NCBI GenBank assembly: GCA_965214195.1 | Contig: OZ243943.1 | Coordinates: 1,271,776-1,335,775, forward strand | Length of the DNA: 64,000 nt | From: an uncultured Granulicella sp. | Lineage (GTDB): Bacteria; Acidobacteriota; Terriglobia; Terriglobales; Acidobacteriaceae | Direction: 5' to 3' | Part shown: piece after piece, positions 36,419 through 46,546 of the stretch | How positions within the stretch are numbered: the first letter of the stretch is position 1 | Layout: every line of letters begins with the position of its first letter | Program-made: the position numbers and the translations under genes | The notes under the pieces: model-generated | The model's database searches: none | The model's input: the letters and a program-made list of their open reading frames with translations, nothing else | What the model was told of the DNA's origin: nothing

Positions 36419-37275
36419 CGAACCACCTCATCAAAGGTCGCGTTGACCTGCTTATCACCACTGATGGTCTGCACCACCTGCTGGTGCACCGGCCTGGGCG
36501 CGGCCAAAACCACTGGCCTGGCAACATGAACGCGCGGAGCGGCCAAGGGCGATGGCAGGGCCTCCGCCGGCAGGCTAGGATCGGCCAGTTGCGCCAGAGT
36601 TACGCCGCCATCGCGTGCCTGCGTGCGGTCTGATCCGCTGCGCATCACAAAGTGGATGGTGCCCTGCGCGCTCGCCAGCACGGCACGTTCCGCGTCCCCC
36701 GGGGCCAACAACAGCGTCACGACACTCACAGTCGCCGGCTTGCCCTGCGGGTCCGGCTGGATCTGCTGACCCACCGCAATTACCTCTGCGTTCTGCAGTA
36801 CGGTGACCGTGCGCGGGTCCGGCGATTTCTCCGTGTGATACGTTACCAGCACGTCAAGATGGGAACCCGGCAGCAGAAATCCTGCGACGCCCATCACCTC
36901 ATCGGAGCGCATCGCGATCGCCCGCATACCATCCGGGATCCTGCCCGCAAGCCCGGTGCCGGCACCCGGTGCGCTTAGCATCTGCTCCGTCAGCGGCTGG
37001 TTCAGCCCGATCGGGTAAAGCATGGCGCGGCCAATCGCATCGGCCGGCTTGGTGAGCACACCGGGGACGGCGTGGTCCGCGGGCCACTCCACTGTTTGCA
37101 GGCTATCGGCCCGTAGAATTTCACCAGCGGGGATAGCGCGATTGGGCACCAGGTAGGAAAGCATGGCGATCTTCTGAACTGTGTGCACCTTCAACTGGCG
37201 GCCTATCACCAGCGTGCATAAGCCGGACACAACCAGCGCGATCAGCAGCGGCGGGGTCAAACGTTTCAGGGTCAT
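36415..37275 (-). CDS. cpaB: Flp pilus assembly protein CpaB/RcpC
   Basis: SAF domain, IPDGMRAIA, VAGFLLPGSHLDVL and VTLLL. Confidence 0.9.
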   Translation of the reverse strand: MTLKRLTPPLLIALVVSGLCTLVIGRQLKVHTVQKIAMLSYLVPNRAIPAGEILRADSLQTVEWPADHAVPGVLTKPADAIGRAMLYPIGLNQPLTEQMLSAPGAGTGLAGRIPDGMRAIAMRSDEVMGVAGFLLPGSHLDVLVTYHTEKSPDPRTVTVLQNAEVIAVGQQIQPDPQGKPATVSVVTLLLAPGDAERAVLASAQGTIHFVMRSGSDRTQARDGGVTLAQLADPSLPAEALPSPLAAPRVHVARPVVLAAPRPVHQQVVQTISGDKQVNATFDEVVR

Positions 37276-37820
37276 AGCGACACGCCTCCATGCATCATGA
37301 GCAGCAGCGCACCCAGGCAACCGCCGGCGATCGGCAGCGCGTAAGGCATGCGCAGCATCGATTGATTGCGCACATTCAACTCAGGGTGCGTGACCAGCCC
37401 GCGGGATTGATGGTGGACGAGCAGAGCCCAGGAGTTCGTCAGTGTCTGGCGCAGGCGACCACTGGCCAAGGCAGCTACGATCGCGAACAGAGCACCAAGC
37501 AGGACAGTCGCCAGCAGCATCTCGCGGATGGACTGCAGCCCCGCCAGGCTGGCAGTGGCGGCCATCAGTTTGACATCGCCCGCCCCCATGCCGCCCGCGA
37601 GAAACAACAGCAGGAACAGGCCCCCTGCAATGACTGCCGCGAGCAGCGCCGCGCCCATTTGCCGCCAACCACCAAGCGCCAGATGCAGGCAAAGGCCGCT
37701 GATGAACGCAGGCCCCGTCAGCCAGTTCGGAATGCGGCGACTCCGCAGGTCTGTCAGCACGGCCACGCCCGCACAGGCCAGGGCGCACTGCAGATAAATC
37801 AGGTCGGGCTGGTAGCTCAT
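37272..37820 (-). CDS. cpaA: Prepilin peptidase CpaA/TadV (A24)
   Basis: TDLRSRRIPNWL, GMGAGDVKL and MPYALPI. Confidence 0.92.
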   Translation of the reverse strand: MSYQPDLIYLQCALACAGVAVLTDLRSRRIPNWLTGPAFISGLCLHLALGGWRQMGAALLAAVIAGGLFLLLFLAGGMGAGDVKLMAATASLAGLQSIREMLLATVLLGALFAIVAALASGRLRQTLTNSWALLVHHQSRGLVTHPELNVRNQSMLRMPYALPIAGGCLGALLLMMHGGVSL

Positions 37821-37939
37821 CGAAGCTCCTTCTCGGGTGTCTAGCAGCTACATCGGCAGAGCCGGCGGGAGCGTGAATGGCCGTCACGTCCGGGCACCGC
37901 GCTGCCGATAACGACGAAGATCGAGGGGGGAATCTGACC

Positions 37940-39460
37940 GTGTCCGTAACGCAAAGCCCAGCCACGTTCCAGGCCAGATTACTGTCCCTCAACGCAGTTC
38001 TGATCCTGCTGACGTTGTTCCTCATCCTGATCGCGATTCCCCACACCATGGCCGACCCCGACCTGTGGTGGCACCTGCGCAACGCCAGGGAAGCAATAGG
38101 GCAGCGCGCAGTCGTCACGCATGACACCTACTCCTTCACCGTGCACGGCGTCCCGTGGATGGATCATGAGTGGCTCAGCGAGCTGGCCTTCTACCTGAGC
38201 TGGCTCACCGGCGGCGCCAACGGGATCTACTTCCTGTCGATCGCGCTAATCGAGAGCATCTTCATTGCCGTTCTCTGGCTATGCTGGCGAGCCTCGCACA
38301 GTGTAGTCACGGCTTGCGCGAGCACACTCGTCGCAGCTTTGCTGGCGACCGTTTCCTTCGGGCCTCGCACGCTGCTTTTCGGCTGGCTTTGCCTAGTCAT
38401 TCAGCTTGTCGTGCTGGAGCTTTTCCGCGACTGCCCACGCGCGGTACTCGCGCTGCCAGTGCTCTATCTCTTCTGGATCAACCTGCATGGCTCTTGGCTT
38501 ATTGGGCTCGCGCTCCTCTTCCTGTTCACACTCACTGGCCTCATGCGATTAGATCAATCCTGCCTCCAACACCAGTCATTCAGTCCCCGCCAAACAAGGC
38601 TGCTGGCGATAAGCGGGGCGGCTCTCGTGCCCGCCCTGCTGTGCAATCCCTGGGGCTGGCAACTTGTTACTTACCCCTTCAACTTTGCGTTCAAGCAGAC
38701 ACTCAACGTGGCGAGCGTGCAGGAATGGCAAAGCCTGGACCTTCACAGCATGCGCGGACGGCTCGTGCTCGCGGGCATCCTGCTAGTAGCAGGCAGGCAA
38801 CTCTGGAAGCCCCGCACCTGGTCCCTCAATGAGCTTGCGTGGCTGCTCATCGGACTCTACTCAGCATTCAACTACTCGCGCTTTCTGTTCCTGCTGGCGC
38901 TACTAGCCGCACCTGCAGTTTCTCGCAGCTTCCCATCTCGCAAGCAATTTCCGGCCGCGCCACCACGGTTTGCACTCAACGCAATGTTGCTGATCACGCT
39001 AGCAACTCTCACGCTGGTCACTGTCCGCCGCCAGACCTGCGCAAAGGATGAAGGGCTGCTCTTGTACCCTGTCGCGGTGCTCCGGGCGCTGAGCCACATC
39101 CCTCCTCAAAGTAGGGTCTTCAACGAATACTCCCTGGGCGGCTACCTGGAGTGGTACGCACCTAACACCCCCGTCTTCATCGACTCGCGCATGGATATTT
39201 TTGAATACAACAATATCCTGCGGGACTACCTCGATATCATTCACTTGAATCGGTCCATCGAGTTACTCGATCACTACAAAATTGATCACGTTCTTTTCGC
39301 CAAGAGTACTCCGCTGATCTATCTGCTCCAGCATACTTCCGGATGGAAAAGCAGCTACCAGAATGAAAACTTCATCCTGATGGATCGATTCTGTAATGCC
39401 GCGTCCAAGTCCGCCGATAACCCTCCTAGATGTAGAGACCAGGAGGGGCGGCCGCGATGA
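37940..39460 (+). CDS. Polytopic membrane protein, putative GT-C-fold glycosyltransferase
   Basis: DPDLWWHL, WMDHEWL, RTLLF, LWINLHGSW, CNPWG, EWQS and VFIDSRMD; many TM helices plus a C-terminal soluble domain. GTG start (alternative 37877). Stop overlaps the tadG-like ATG. Confidence 0.6.
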   Translation: MSVTQSPATFQARLLSLNAVLILLTLFLILIAIPHTMADPDLWWHLRNAREAIGQRAVVTHDTYSFTVHGVPWMDHEWLSELAFYLSWLTGGANGIYFLSIALIESIFIAVLWLCWRASHSVVTACASTLVAALLATVSFGPRTLLFGWLCLVIQLVVLELFRDCPRAVLALPVLYLFWINLHGSWLIGLALLFLFTLTGLMRLDQSCLQHQSFSPRQTRLLAISGAALVPALLCNPWGWQLVTYPFNFAFKQTLNVASVQEWQSLDLHSMRGRLVLAGILLVAGRQLWKPRTWSLNELAWLLIGLYSAFNYSRFLFLLALLAAPAVSRSFPSRKQFPAAPPRFALNAMLLITLATLTLVTVRRQTCAKDEGLLLYPVAVLRALSHIPPQSRVFNEYSLGGYLEWYAPNTPVFIDSRMDIFEYNNILRDYLDIIHLNRSIELLDHYKIDHVLFAKSTPLIYLLQHTSGWKSSYQNENFILMDRFCNAASKSADNPPRCRDQEGRPR

Positions 39461-40746
39461 GATTCTGGAAGGATGATTCTGGGCAAACACTCGTGATCTC
39501 AGCAGCCTTCATGGGGATTATCGCCATAGGTTTTGCAGCATTTGCGGTGGATACGGGCTACTTATTCCGGGAGCGACGCCTGGCCCAGGCCGCCGCGGAC
39601 GCCGCAGCGCTCGCCGCCTCGACTGAGGCAGTCGCCGGGTACCCTGCCAATGAGCAGATCGTCGCCAACGCGGTTGCGAAGCAGAACGGCTTCGACACCA
39701 CGCTCGCTACCAATCCAGCAATCGTGACACTCTCTAGTCCCGCGACCGGCGCATTCGCAGGTTCAGCCTACATCCAGGCAACTGTCTCGAAGCCCATCCC
39801 GACTTACTTTTTAAGTGCCTTTACCAGGAATGCGACGACTACCGTCTCAGCCTCAGCCGTAGCAGGCGGCAGTTCCAGTACTCCCACCTGCGTCTGCCTG
39901 GAAGGTACAACGGGACAGGTACTCTCGCTCTCCAACAATTCCCAACTCAACGCTACAGGATGTGGTGTCGTCGACAACTCCTCAAGCCCAAATGCTGTAG
40001 GCATAGTAGGCAGCTCGTTGCTGAGCGGTCTAAGTCTGGGAACAGTTTCTACAACCTGGGATAACAACAGCAATATCAATAACGGTGGAAGCATCAGCTC
40101 TTCGACCAAGATCATTCAGGGTATCAGCAGTGGTTGCGCGCCTCCCCTTCCCGTGGCTCCAATTTCTGCGGCTTGCCTGCCGGACCCCGGCGGAAGCTAC
40201 GGTACATTCACTTTCGGACCGTTGATCGCTGGCGGCACAGTTTGCTACACCTCACTCACAATTGGCGCAAATGGCTCGACTGTCACGCTGAACCCGGGAA
40301 TCTACGTCATCACCTCTGGAGCGTTGCATTTCGAGTTCGGTGCAAACAACCACTCCAACCTGGGTGGAAATGGCGTCTTCTTCTACTTAACCGGCACTGC
40401 TTCGCTCTCCATCGATAACGGCGCCAACGTCAATCTGGTTGCGGGCGGAACGGCACAGGCCAACGGCGCTACCGCCCCCTCGCTGGGAGCTTACAACGGC
40501 ATCCTTGTTTACCAGACGACGCCCGATATCACCGCTCTATCTCTACAGGGCGGCTCTACGACTTACATCAGCGGTTCACTCTACGCACCGGGTGCTGCAA
40601 TCAACGTCGGCAACGGAAGTGGAGCTACTCTAGCCGGCGGCATCGTCGCCAAGTCGCTCGCATTGACTGGCGGTGGAACGCTGAAGGCCGTTGCACAAAC
40701 AAACCAGGGCAGTCTATCGACGGGGTCGGCGAAGGTGGTCCAGTGA
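39457..40746 (+). CDS. TadG-like minor pilin/tip adhesin
   Basis: DDSG|QTLV prepilin site, AVDTGYL...AQAAADAAALA Tad motif; Gly/Ser/Thr/Asn-rich C-terminal domain. Confidence 0.85.
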   Translation: MRFWKDDSGQTLVISAAFMGIIAIGFAAFAVDTGYLFRERRLAQAAADAAALAASTEAVAGYPANEQIVANAVAKQNGFDTTLATNPAIVTLSSPATGAFAGSAYIQATVSKPIPTYFLSAFTRNATTTVSASAVAGGSSSTPTCVCLEGTTGQVLSLSNNSQLNATGCGVVDNSSSPNAVGIVGSSLLSGLSLGTVSTTWDNNSNINNGGSISSSTKIIQGISSGCAPPLPVAPISAACLPDPGGSYGTFTFGPLIAGGTVCYTSLTIGANGSTVTLNPGIYVITSGALHFEFGANNHSNLGGNGVFFYLTGTASLSIDNGANVNLVAGGTAQANGATAPSLGAYNGILVYQTTPDITALSLQGGSTTYISGSLYAPGAAINVGNGSGATLAGGIVAKSLALTGGGTLKAVAQTNQGSLSTGSAKVVQ

Positions 40747-41222
40747 TCAATCTCAGGGATGACGAAAGCGGCAGTGCGCTGATCGAGCTCGCGCTGATGG
40801 TCGGGCTTCTCGGCGTACCTCTTCTGCTCGGCGCGGGTGAAGTGGCCCCACTGATGTACGACTCTGCCGAGATCGAAAACGCCGCACACGCCGGCGCCCT
40901 CTACGGCATGCAGAGCCAGGTCTTCGCCGCGGATAGCGCCGGCATTATCAGCTCTGCTCAAACAGAGGCAGCCGACTTTGGCACGAATCTCGTCGTCACG
41001 CCTCTGACTTACTACACGTGCGCCACCAGCATAAACTCCACGCAGTACACCGGCACCAATGCGCTTGCTAACGCGACCGCAGGCTGCACGGGCATCAACA
41101 ACCACCCACTCCAGTTCATTCAGGTCACGACCACACTGCAGGTCATACCTTCTATCCGTTGCCCGGGCCTGCCGGCCACGTACACGCTGACAGGCTTTTC
41201 CATGATGGAAGTGGAAAAATGA
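40743..41222 (+). CDS. TadE-family pseudopilin
   Basis: DESG|SALIELAL, ENAAHAGALYG. Confidence 0.85.
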   Translation: MINLRDDESGSALIELALMVGLLGVPLLLGAGEVAPLMYDSAEIENAAHAGALYGMQSQVFAADSAGIISSAQTEAADFGTNLVVTPLTYYTCATSINSTQYTGTNALANATAGCTGINNHPLQFIQVTTTLQVIPSIRCPGLPATYTLTGFSMMEVEK

Positions 41223-41674
41223 GATTGCCAATCAACCACGTCGCTAAGCCTTCGATCAGAACCAACGCAGAAGGTGGCGCGCTCATTGAAACAGCAGTCT
41301 GCCTCCCTATCCTGCTCTCACTCTTCTTCTGTTTCATTGAGGTATGCCTGGCGTTTTATTCCAAAGACATGATCTCCGAGTGCGCACGTGAAGGTACCAG
41401 GTACGCGATCTACCACGGCTCCACCTGCCCCACCTCCAGCAGTCCCACCTGCGAGGCAACGGCGACGGACGTCAACGCCTTCGTAAACAACCTCGGCTGG
41501 CCCAATCTCGGCGGAGGAACGATGACCGTGAACACAACCTACCCTGATGGAAACGAAGCACCCGGCAGCCTGGTCCAGGTGAGCATCACCTATGTTTTTC
41601 CGATCAGACTTCCCTTTGTGCCGTCGTCCGCACTATCGTTCTCGAGCGCGTCCAAGATGCCGATCCTCCAGTAG
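41219..41674 (+). CDS. TadE/TadF-family pseudopilin
   Basis: EGG|ALIETAVCLP, ECAREGTRYA; ATGA overlap with the previous gene. Confidence 0.85.
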   Translation: MRLPINHVAKPSIRTNAEGGALIETAVCLPILLSLFFCFIEVCLAFYSKDMISECAREGTRYAIYHGSTCPTSSSPTCEATATDVNAFVNNLGWPNLGGGTMTVNTTYPDGNEAPGSLVQVSITYVFPIRLPFVPSSALSFSSASKMPILQ

Positions 41675-41964
41675 TGAGGCCAGCTAAACTCATCAGCAAT
41701 CGGCTCTCTACGCTTTGGCATCCTTGCGACGCTAGACCCAGACCGCAGACCAACACACACCGCAAACGGCACTCTGCCTCCACCATTCATAAGCGAGGAT
41801 CATTTCGGAGCGTAGCAAATAACGCCGTCGCAGCACCAGTTCGCACAACTGTAACCGCCTCTTCACGGTCTATCTATCTAGTCTCCTTAGGCTCCAGACA
41901 ACCGCTCACAGGACTCGCTTCCCTTGAACCTGTTGACGGCCTGCACCTCAGGAGAATGTTCGCA

Positions 41965-44900
41965 ATGAAGAAGTTGCTCCCGTCCCTTGCAGCGATCGCT
42001 CTGCTCGCGCCGCTTTCCGCCTCCGCTCAGTTTGAAACCGCATCCGTTCTGGGCTATGTGCGCGACGCCGCCGGTGCATCCGTCACCGGGGCAAGCGTTT
42101 CGCTCATCAACGAGGAGACCAAAGCCACGGTCACCGTGCGCACCAATGGCCAGGGCGCCTATGAATTCACCGACGTCAAAATCGGTCAGTACGAGGTCCG
42201 TGCCGAGCGCCCCGGCTTCGACCGCAGCGTCACCGCGCCCTTTACCGTGCAGGTCAACGCCCGCCAGCGCGTCGATCTGAACCTCCGCGCCGGCTCCGCG
42301 AATGAAACCGTCACCGTCAACGCCGCCGCCGAGCTCCTCGAAACTGACTCCAGCGAACGCGGCCAGGTCATCGGCACCCGCGAGGTCGAGAATCTGCCGC
42401 TCAACGGACGTGCCTATGCAGATCTCGCCGCATTGGTCCCGGGCGTGCGCCGCAACATCCTGGAAAACGGCACCAACGCCAGCCGCGACGCATCCTTCAA
42501 CGTCAACGGGCAGCGCAGTGAGTTCAACAACTTCCTGCTCGACGGCGTTGACAACAACGCCTACGGCACCTCAAACCAAGGCTTCAGCAACCAGGCCATC
42601 CCTCCCTCCCCTGACGCTATCTCCGAGTTCAAGGTAGAGACCGACAACTACAGCGCAGAGTATGGTCGCGCGGCCGGCGCCGTCATCAACGTCAGCATCC
42701 GCAGCGGCACCAACAACTTCCACGGCAAGGCCTACGACTATCTCCGCAACACGATCTTCAACGCGATCGGCCCTTTCACTCCGCCGGCCAACGCCCTCAC
42801 CGGCAATCCGCAGAAGCCGGTGCTGATCCGTAACCAGTTCGGCGGCACCTTCGGCGGTCCCATCTTCCGCGACAAGCTCTTCTTCTTCGCCGACTATGAA
42901 GGCACGCGCCAGATCGTGCACGCCATCACCTATGCCACTGTCCCCACCGCAAACCAGGCAGGCACCAGCGCCCTGGCAAAGACCAACGGTGGATATACCT
43001 TCGTCGCTTTACCGCTCGATGCCAACGGCAAGCCCACGTCCAACACGGAAACCGGCAACACCGTCGCGCTGCTCAATCCGCTGAACAACACCCCCTACGC
43101 CAATGGCGTTATCCCTTTCAGCGACCCGTCGATATCGGCTTTTGCCAAGGGCGTTCTCGCGGCGCTTCCGGCGGCCAATGTGCCCGGCGCGCCGCTCACC
43201 AACAACTACGCTTCACTGCCCGCGGACACGCTGGTGGACGATAAGGGTGACGGCCGCCTGGACTACACGCTCAGCGGACGCACCACCATGTTTGCCCGCT
43301 ACAGCGAGCACCAGGGTCTCATCGGCGCTCCCCCCGCCATCCAGGGTCCGGCCGGCGGCAACAGCAACGGCCAGGTCAAGATCCTGAACAAGCAGGCAGC
43401 CGGCGGCGTCACCCATCTGTTCAGCCAGAACTCCATTCTCGACGTACGTTTCGCCTGGACCCACACGGATGGCGGCAAGGGTCCTTACGGCGCCAATCTG
43501 CCAAGCCTTGAAGCCGGCATCCCCGGCTTGCCCACGGATCCGCGCGTTGTGCGCAGCCTGAACGCACAAATCCTTGGCGGCTACACGCAATTCGGCAACC
43601 AGACCAGCAATCCGCAATTTCAGAACCCCACCATCTACAACCCAAAGGTCAACTACACGCTCATCAAGGGCCGCAACAGCTACAAGGCCGGCTATGAGTA
43701 TCAGCACATCGCAACCGTGATCGACGACTTCAACCCAACCTACGGGCAGGACACCTACAACAACGGTTTCAGTTTTGCCGGCGCAGGCGCAGTCAGCGGC
43801 AAGGACGCCTCCACCAAGGAAGCCGCCAACTTCGCAGACTTCCTCTTCGGCACGCGCGATAGCTTCCAGCTCAACAACTTCCAGGTCGTCAACCTGAACC
43901 AGCGCATGCACTTCTTCTATTTCCAGGACGACATCCGCGCCACCTCCAAGCTCACACTCAACCTGGGCCTGCGTTATGAGCTCGTGACCCCGCAGTGGGA
44001 GTCCAACAACCTGCTCTCAAACTTCAATCCGGCCACCAATTCGCTCACCCAGGCGACCGGCGGCAGCCTCTTCAACCAGGCGCTGGTGCACACACCCAAG
44101 AAGGACCTTGCGCCCCGCGTCGGTCTCGCATTTGCGGCGAACCCAAAGACCGTCATCCGCGCCGCTTACGGCATCAACTTCCAGCAGTTCAACCGTGAAG
44201 GCGGCGAAAACCTGCTGGTCTATAACCTGCCGGCCATCGTCAACACCAACATCAACCAGGTCCCGCAGTTCGCGCTTGCGTCGCAGCAGGGCGGCCGCGC
44301 TCCCCTTGCCCTTTGCAGCGCAGCGCAGGCCGCGGCCACATATGACTCCACCAACCCGACCCCATGCTTCCGCACCTCGTCGCAGGGCTACCCGACCGGA
44401 CTGGTTGCAGTGCCCACCCTGCCAACCGATCTCACGGCCCGCAACCTGAACACGCAGGCGCGCTACATCCCTTCCAATCTACCCACCGGCTACGTGCAGA
44501 GCTACCACCTGACCCTGCAGCAGGAAATCGCAAAGACCACGGTCGAGGTCTCATATGTCGGCGAGCACGGCGTCAAGTTGCAGACGCTGGCCGACTTCAA
44601 CCAGGCCGCACCCAACCCCGTCACGGCAACCTGCCAGGGCACCATCACCTCGGGCTGCCTGTCGCTCGCGGCGCGCCGTCCCATCCCTTCCTTCACCACG
44701 ATTGAAGAAACCATTCCTGCCGGCTTCCTTTCCTACAACGCGCTGCAGGTCAAGCTGGAGCACCGCTTCGGCGGCGGCCTCTACATCCTGAACTCCTTCA
44801 CCTGGTCGCACGCTTTCGATAACGCCTCAGGCCATCTCGATACCCCCAACGGCGACAACTCTCGCATCAACCTGGCCAACGGCGGCCTGGGCGAGCGTGG

Positions 44901-45504
44901 CAACTCCGCCTACAACCAGCCCATCAACAACGTCCTTTCCGTCGTGTACGATCTGCCCTACGGCCACGGTCGCCGCTTCGGCGCGCAGGCTCCCTTCCTG
45001 CTGGAGGAGGTGCTGGGCGGCTGGCAGCTTACCGCCATCAACGACAACAACAGCGGCCAGCCCATCAACGTCGTCTACTCCGCCAATGGCGCGCAGGCAG
45101 TAAGCACTATCCTGGCTCCGCGACCCAACCAGATCCCCGGCGTAAACCCTGTGCTGCCGAAAAATCAGCGCACCCGCATCGCAGGCAACAGCGCCTTTAT
45201 TGCGTTGAATCCTGCTGCGTTTTCCATCCCCACAGCCAACCAGCCTTACGGCAACGCGCAACGCAACACGGTCCGTTTTGACGCTTACCGCAACACGGAT
45301 ATTGGCTTGCACAAGCAGTTTGCGCTCTATCCGGAAAACGTAAAGCTTGAGTTCCGCGCCGAAGCCTTCAACATCCTTAACCAGACCAACTACGCACTTG
45401 CAACCAGCAACCTCAGCAATTCCGGAGCACCTTTCGGCACTGTAAACGCAGCGGAAACCTTCCCCGCGCGCGTCCTGCAGTTCGCTGCAAAGATCCTGTT
45501 CTAA
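41965..45504 (+). CDS. TonB-dependent receptor (Oar-like, carboxypeptidase-regulatory N-domain)
   Basis: Signal peptide, LPLNGR, NNFLLDGVDNN, SAEYGRAAG, NQFGGTFGGPI and C-terminal RVLQFAAKILF. Confidence 0.92.
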   Translation: MKKLLPSLAAIALLAPLSASAQFETASVLGYVRDAAGASVTGASVSLINEETKATVTVRTNGQGAYEFTDVKIGQYEVRAERPGFDRSVTAPFTVQVNARQRVDLNLRAGSANETVTVNAAAELLETDSSERGQVIGTREVENLPLNGRAYADLAALVPGVRRNILENGTNASRDASFNVNGQRSEFNNFLLDGVDNNAYGTSNQGFSNQAIPPSPDAISEFKVETDNYSAEYGRAAGAVINVSIRSGTNNFHGKAYDYLRNTIFNAIGPFTPPANALTGNPQKPVLIRNQFGGTFGGPIFRDKLFFFADYEGTRQIVHAITYATVPTANQAGTSALAKTNGGYTFVALPLDANGKPTSNTETGNTVALLNPLNNTPYANGVIPFSDPSISAFAKGVLAALPAANVPGAPLTNNYASLPADTLVDDKGDGRLDYTLSGRTTMFARYSEHQGLIGAPPAIQGPAGGNSNGQVKILNKQAAGGVTHLFSQNSILDVRFAWTHTDGGKGPYGANLPSLEAGIPGLPTDPRVVRSLNAQILGGYTQFGNQTSNPQFQNPTIYNPKVNYTLIKGRNSYKAGYEYQHIATVIDDFNPTYGQDTYNNGFSFAGAGAVSGKDASTKEAANFADFLFGTRDSFQLNNFQVVNLNQRMHFFYFQDDIRATSKLTLNLGLRYELVTPQWESNNLLSNFNPATNSLTQATGGSLFNQALVHTPKKDLAPRVGLAFAANPKTVIRAAYGINFQQFNREGGENLLVYNLPAIVNTNINQVPQFALASQQGGRAPLALCSAAQAAATYDSTNPTPCFRTSSQGYPTGLVAVPTLPTDLTARNLNTQARYIPSNLPTGYVQSYHLTLQQEIAKTTVEVSYVGEHGVKLQTLADFNQAAPNPVTATCQGTITSGCLSLAARRPIPSFTTIEETIPAGFLSYNALQVKLEHRFGGGLYILNSFTWSHAFDNASGHLDTPNGDNSRINLANGGLGERGNSAYNQPINNVLSVVYDLPYGHGRRFGAQAPFLLEEVLGGWQLTAINDNNSGQPINVVYSANGAQAVSTILAPRPNQIPGVNPVLPKNQRTRIAGNSAFIALNPAAFSIPTANQPYGNAQRNTVRFDAYRNTDIGLHKQFALYPENVKLEFRAEAFNILNQTNYALATSNLSNSGAPFGTVNAAETFPARVLQFAAKILF

Positions 45505-45522
45505 ACGCACCGCAGCAGCAGT

Positions 45523-45556
45523 CCCTACGGGCAACTTTGTTGTCATGCCCGTAGGG
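45523..45556. other. 11-bp perfect hairpin after the TBDR stop (no U tract)
   Basis: CCCTACGGGCA-N12-TGCCCGTAGGG. Confidence 0.6.
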
Positions 45557-45599
45557 CGCAGGCCACCGCACCTCGCATCCAATCACCGCAGGATCCCTC

Positions 45600-46535
45600 A
45601 TGAACCGCAGAGACTTTAGCACCCTCGCCGGCACCTCGCTCGCTTCCCTGCTCACCCAGCGCCTGTGGGCGCAGCAGACTTCAAAGTCAGCGCATACGTT
45701 CTACTTCGCCATGATCGCGGACACGCACATCATCGACGAGTACTACGTCAAAGGCAGCGAAAATGGCGTCGAAGACAACGAAAGCATCCTGCTCACCACG
45801 CCGCGCCTGATCGCCGCGCGCGACCTCATCAACTCGCTTAAGCCAGCCATCGAGCACGTTTTCCTCATCGGCGACTACTTCCACAACTATCCCTCCACCG
45901 ACTACGATTTCTACTTCCAGCACACCACGCGGGTCGATAATGCCAAAACCATTACCGACAAGTTCCACGCCCCCGTCCACCTCGGTTTTGGCAATCACGA
46001 CTACGACGTCCGCCACATCCCGCGCGACTTCAGCCACCGCCTCTTCGAAGCCAAGTACAAGACCAAACCCTACACCGCACTCGACTATAAGGGCTACAAG
46101 TTCATCCACCTGAACAACTTTCTAGGCAGCACGCATGACGTCAACGCCGCCAACTTCAACCCCGGCCGCGGCTCGCTCGGCGAGCAGCAACTGCAATGGC
46201 TTGATGCGCAACTCCAGCAACACAAGCCCACCTTCGTCTTCATCCACTACCCGCTCGATCTCGACGAGCCCACTGAATTCGCCGACTTCGGCCTGTATCC
46301 GCTGCTGCAGAAGTACAAGGACACCATCCAGCTCGTAGTCTCCGGCCACAAGCACAGGTGGATCGATAACGGCACCCAGTACGGCCCGCGGCACATCGTC
46401 ATGGCGTCCACCCGCTATGACCCCAACGCCTACATGCTCATGGAAGTCGACGCCGCACACGGCACCTGGCGCTTCATGAACCAGGACCTCGTCCAGTGGT
46501 CCACCCACTACAGCAAGCCCTACGTCACCTCGTAA
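45600..46535 (+). CDS. Tat-exported calcineurin-like metallophosphoesterase
   Basis: MNRRDF Tat signal; ADTH, GD, GNHD, FIHYP and GHKH metal motifs. Confidence 0.88.
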   Translation: MNRRDFSTLAGTSLASLLTQRLWAQQTSKSAHTFYFAMIADTHIIDEYYVKGSENGVEDNESILLTTPRLIAARDLINSLKPAIEHVFLIGDYFHNYPSTDYDFYFQHTTRVDNAKTITDKFHAPVHLGFGNHDYDVRHIPRDFSHRLFEAKYKTKPYTALDYKGYKFIHLNNFLGSTHDVNAANFNPGRGSLGEQQLQWLDAQLQQHKPTFVFIHYPLDLDEPTEFADFGLYPLLQKYKDTIQLVVSGHKHRWIDNGTQYGPRHIVMASTRYDPNAYMLMEVDAAHGTWRFMNQDLVQWSTHYSKPYVTS

Positions 46536-46546
46536 TCGGAGTCCCC

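Noticed and set aside
41701-41716. attR (tRNA-Ser 3'-end duplication) at the island's right end
   Set aside because: gctctctacgct resembles tctctctccgcca only in a short low-complexity stretch, which is expected by chance.
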